A stretch of 64,000 nt of DNA. Origin: Camelus ferus (Eukaryota). The stretch spans positions 30,506,001 to 30,570,000 of the forward strand of contig NC_045705.1 of assembly GCF_009834535.1 (NCBI RefSeq). The letters are read 5' to 3'. The notes under the pieces were generated by a model. The model did not search any database and was not told the DNA's origin. It worked only from the letters and a program-made list of their open reading frames with translations. The position numbers were made by a program, and so were the translations under genes. This document shows, in pieces, positions 59,558 to 64,000 of the stretch (the first letter of the stretch is position 1; the number at the start of each line of letters is the position of its first letter).

Positions 59558-59571
59558 CTGCCATCTGCTGG
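59558..59571 (-). promoter_or_regulatory. Candidate CTCF site in LRP4 intron 7
   Basis: CCAGCAGATGGCAG fits the CTCF core CCASYAGRKGGCRS. Confidence 0.45.
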
Positions 59572-59777
59572 AAAACTGCCATGATAAATATATAAATCTA
59601 CATAATTAGAGAACATATGTCTGTTGTGGGACTGGCATCCTCTGGACACGGCACCTCTGTGAGGTGCCCAACCTACACGACTGTACACGGTGGTCCTGTC
59701 CTAACTGTCTTCAAGCTTCGTTGGTGGTGGTTTTCCCCTACTTTCAGCCAAGACCTTTGGCACCGTCCCCCACTCAC

Positions 59778-59897
59778 TGCAGTTGCGCTCATCAGATTGG
59801 TCATCACAGTCTGCATCACCATCACAGCGCCAGCCTGCATTGATGCACAGGCCGCTGTCACACATGAACTCCCCAGAGCGACAGGGCTGGTGGGAGG
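59778..59897 (-). CDS. LRP4: LRP4 exon 7, LDLa6
   Basis: [39 protein letters not shown]; 120 nt. Confidence 0.96.
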
Positions 59898-59927
59898 CTG
59901 GGGAAACAACATAGGCTTCTATCTCTA

Positions 59928-60347
<420 letters not shown>

Positions 60348-60569
60348 TCAGGCAAGGAAAACAGGATTCATTTGGGATGGCCCTCATAGACTCCCATATT
60401 CTGGTGAACCAGAGGGAGCCCTCCTTTCCCATCTGGGGAACCTGTTCCCACTTGGCTCAGCCTAGGAGGAGCTGCTTCTTAAGAACCCACCCTCCTTGCC
60501 CACTGTCCATGCACTCCTCGGCCTGGCCCTCAGCCCATGGGACAGAGACCTCTGCCCCATCCCAGCTCA

Positions 60570-60854
<285 letters not shown>

Positions 60855-61068
60855 TCAGGAAAGCCAAGGCCCTGGAGAGACTGGGCCTCGGACTCCTGTT
60901 CTGTGGTTCCTGAGGGGTCTGGCCGCGCTGCCCCTCCGGCTCTCCCCCAGCTGCTCCGGACCCCTGGCAGTTCATGGTTTGTGCAGTGCGAGAGCCACTG
61001 CTGCTCTTCCCCCACAGGGCCACTCCATCCACCAGCCACCCTGCCTGCCTCCCCGGAGCATTGCTCAC

Positions 61069-61182
61069 CACACTGTTCATCGCTGTTGTCACCACAGTCA
61101 TTGTCACCATCACAGTGCCACAGGCTGCGGATGCAGTAGCCGTTCTGGCAGGGGAACTCGTCCTCCTCACACTCCCGAGGGG
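61069..61182 (-). CDS. LRP4: LRP4 exon 4, LDLa3
   Basis: [37 protein letters not shown]; 114 nt. Confidence 0.96.
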
Positions 61183-61243
61183 CTGTGGGCACAGAGCAGG
61201 GCTGTGGGGCCAGTGCCTGGAAGCCCAGCGGAAGGCCTCACTA

Positions 61244-61600
<357 letters not shown>

Positions 61601-62681
61601 TCAACCGGGCCAGATATCCTTTCCTCACACTTGTTCCGTGTCTCCCATCTGAATTACAGTCCTTCCGCACGGACTCCTGCGCCTGCCCCCAACCGGCTGA
61701 TCGAGAACCAAGCAGAGACAGCAGGTAAGAAGCGAGAGGATTCTTAGGGAGTGGTGGTCAGGATTTCCCAGGGCAGAAGAACCCAAGCAACTCAACATCA
61801 CTAAGAAAGCAGTTAAAGAAAACATGAAAAGAGCAATTAGCGTATTCCCCCCCAACCCTTTTCCTCTATTAAATGATGACTGACACATCTGGGCTCAATT
61901 GCCAGTTCTAGAACACATTACTTACCATACTGAGCAAGTCAGTTACGCTCTCTGAGCCACAGGTTCTTCGACTGTACAATGGGAATAATTATAATTGACT
62001 CAGAGAGGTCTTTAAGATAATGCCTGTGGAAGTGCTACATGAAAGCGAGCCATTTACCGTCATCACAATTAGCTAAGCGGGTTAGGGTTAATAAGGTCCA
62101 AGTTGTAGCTTCATTCGCATAGGACTAATTAGCCTCCCTCAGATGCAGGTGCTGCAGGTTGGAGGCTGCACCCCTGAACCCAGGCAACTGGCTCAGGAGT
62201 GATATTAGTGTATATCCAAGACAGGTCACCCTAGCCCGTGGTGCATACTTGCGTTACTATACTTGGGCGATAAGGAAGATTTAACAAGACTATAAGACTT
62301 CTTACAAAGTTTATGTTATTTAAAAAGGTGTGATCACACAGAATACCAGTATAAGAAACACAGACATCCTCTGCATCCACGTGTACTATGCACTTTAAAA
62401 ATGTACAAATATGCACCGAAAATACACTTATTCACATATATACAGAGACATCTATTTAATTAGAGACTGCCTGTAGTTTCAAGGGTGTTTTCTTCTGTAC
62501 TTTTTTCAAAGTTTATTTTACTGGCTACACATGTATGGAAATAAAGGAAATACAGGAAGGTTGAAGCCATATGTATTGTGAAGAAATCACCCATCTGTCA
62601 ATATCTGTCACCCTTGCAAGAGTCTGAGTCTGACATAGCTGATGCACAGAACACTCCATCACATTTGTCCTCGCTCCCTCA

Positions 62682-62912
<231 letters not shown>

Positions 62913-64000
62913 TCAGCTCCCACCCAACCAAAGCCCATTCCAGTGGGGCAAGGCAAAGGAACTAAGTCTAGGGGAACTGCCACCCAGGGAGCCACAGGGA
63001 TGCTGTAGGGAGACGTGGATGATATAATCATGCCTTCCTCCTCCTCTAAGGCACAAATGGTATAGAAGATACACTCTGACTTTGGGCTCACAAACAGTCC
63101 AGGTATACCTTCTATGACAGGGTTTCTTTTGCACATACCCACAAAGGCCCAGAGACAAAGATGCCACCTGGAGAGCTGGTGGTCTTGAGGAAAGGGAGCC
63201 GGGGACAGGAGGGGTGATGCAGAAAGGCTTCCATATTCTTCTCTTCAAACCTAGGTTGAGTTATGGCTGCTTTTGCCTCTATCCAGGACCAGGCCCTTGG
63301 ACACTGGCCAAGGAGGGCAAGAAATAAGAGTGAAATTAAAATGCTGGAGCCCCTTTAGGGATAAGAAGTAACAGAGGGGAGCAGGAAGCAGCAGGAACTT
63401 GCTTTTAAGGAGAGTGACCAGGAGGAGTGGGATGGGGGGTTGGAGGGGGACCAGGCTGCCTCAGGGCAGACTGAGTGGGACCAGTCAGGGCCTTCCTGTA
63501 TATGGGACTGGCCACAGCCTGGAGGAAGGATGACAGAAGCAGCCCCTCCCCCAGCCTCAGCAGCACGCAGCTGGGCTTCCCTATTGAGCATCCAGCTATC
63601 TGCCTGGCCAAGTCCCATGACCGGCTGCTGTGCCCCCTCTCCAGCGTGCCCAGCAGGATGCCCTGGGATGGCGTGTGAATGGCTCGGTGCCCCTGCTCCA
63701 GCCTCAGCTGGAACAAAGAGTTCTGCCAGGGTCACTCTTCCCCCCTCCCAGCATTCATCTGACCCGCTGGGCTGCTGCAGCTGGGAAAGAAGGGGGCCAC
63801 CTCTCCCTTGCTCATCTCCCCCCTTGCTTTCTTCTCCCTTTCCTCCCTTCAGCTGGGCCCTGCCCTCAGGCTAGGCTGGAACAGGGAAGGAGTCTGTTCC
63901 CAAATTGCCACCCCACTTCCTTTCCTATTCACTGGACCTAGCTTCTCTCTTGGCTCACCTCTTGACGTACATCCTCACCTCATTACGTTATTCGAGTCAG

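Overview
Mammalian genomic DNA, probably a camelid (five copies of a tRNA-derived SINE resembling vic-1). The right half (minus strand) holds LRP4 coding exons 2-38 plus the 3' UTR. All 37 exons have GT-AG boundaries and join into one open frame of 5666 nt: 8 LDLa repeats, EGF modules, 4 YWTD propellers, TM helix, NPSY and C-terminal ESQV. Exon 1 lies beyond the right edge. A CpG island at ~23.0-23.9 kb with paired CCAAT boxes, CHR elements and a minus-strand donor is, by synteny, the CKAP5 promoter and non-coding exon 1. Positions 1-23.6 kb are its repeat-rich intron 1, which holds a second GC-rich candidate alternative first exon at ~4.7 kb. I found no novel multi-gene system. The best leads are candidate LRP4 microexons: an in-frame 30-nt exon in intron 37 (DPAGLTLETQ), and an 8-nt exon in intron 34 that keeps frame only if it replaces exon 35. 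Repeat subfamily names and human comparisons are from memory, not from a search.
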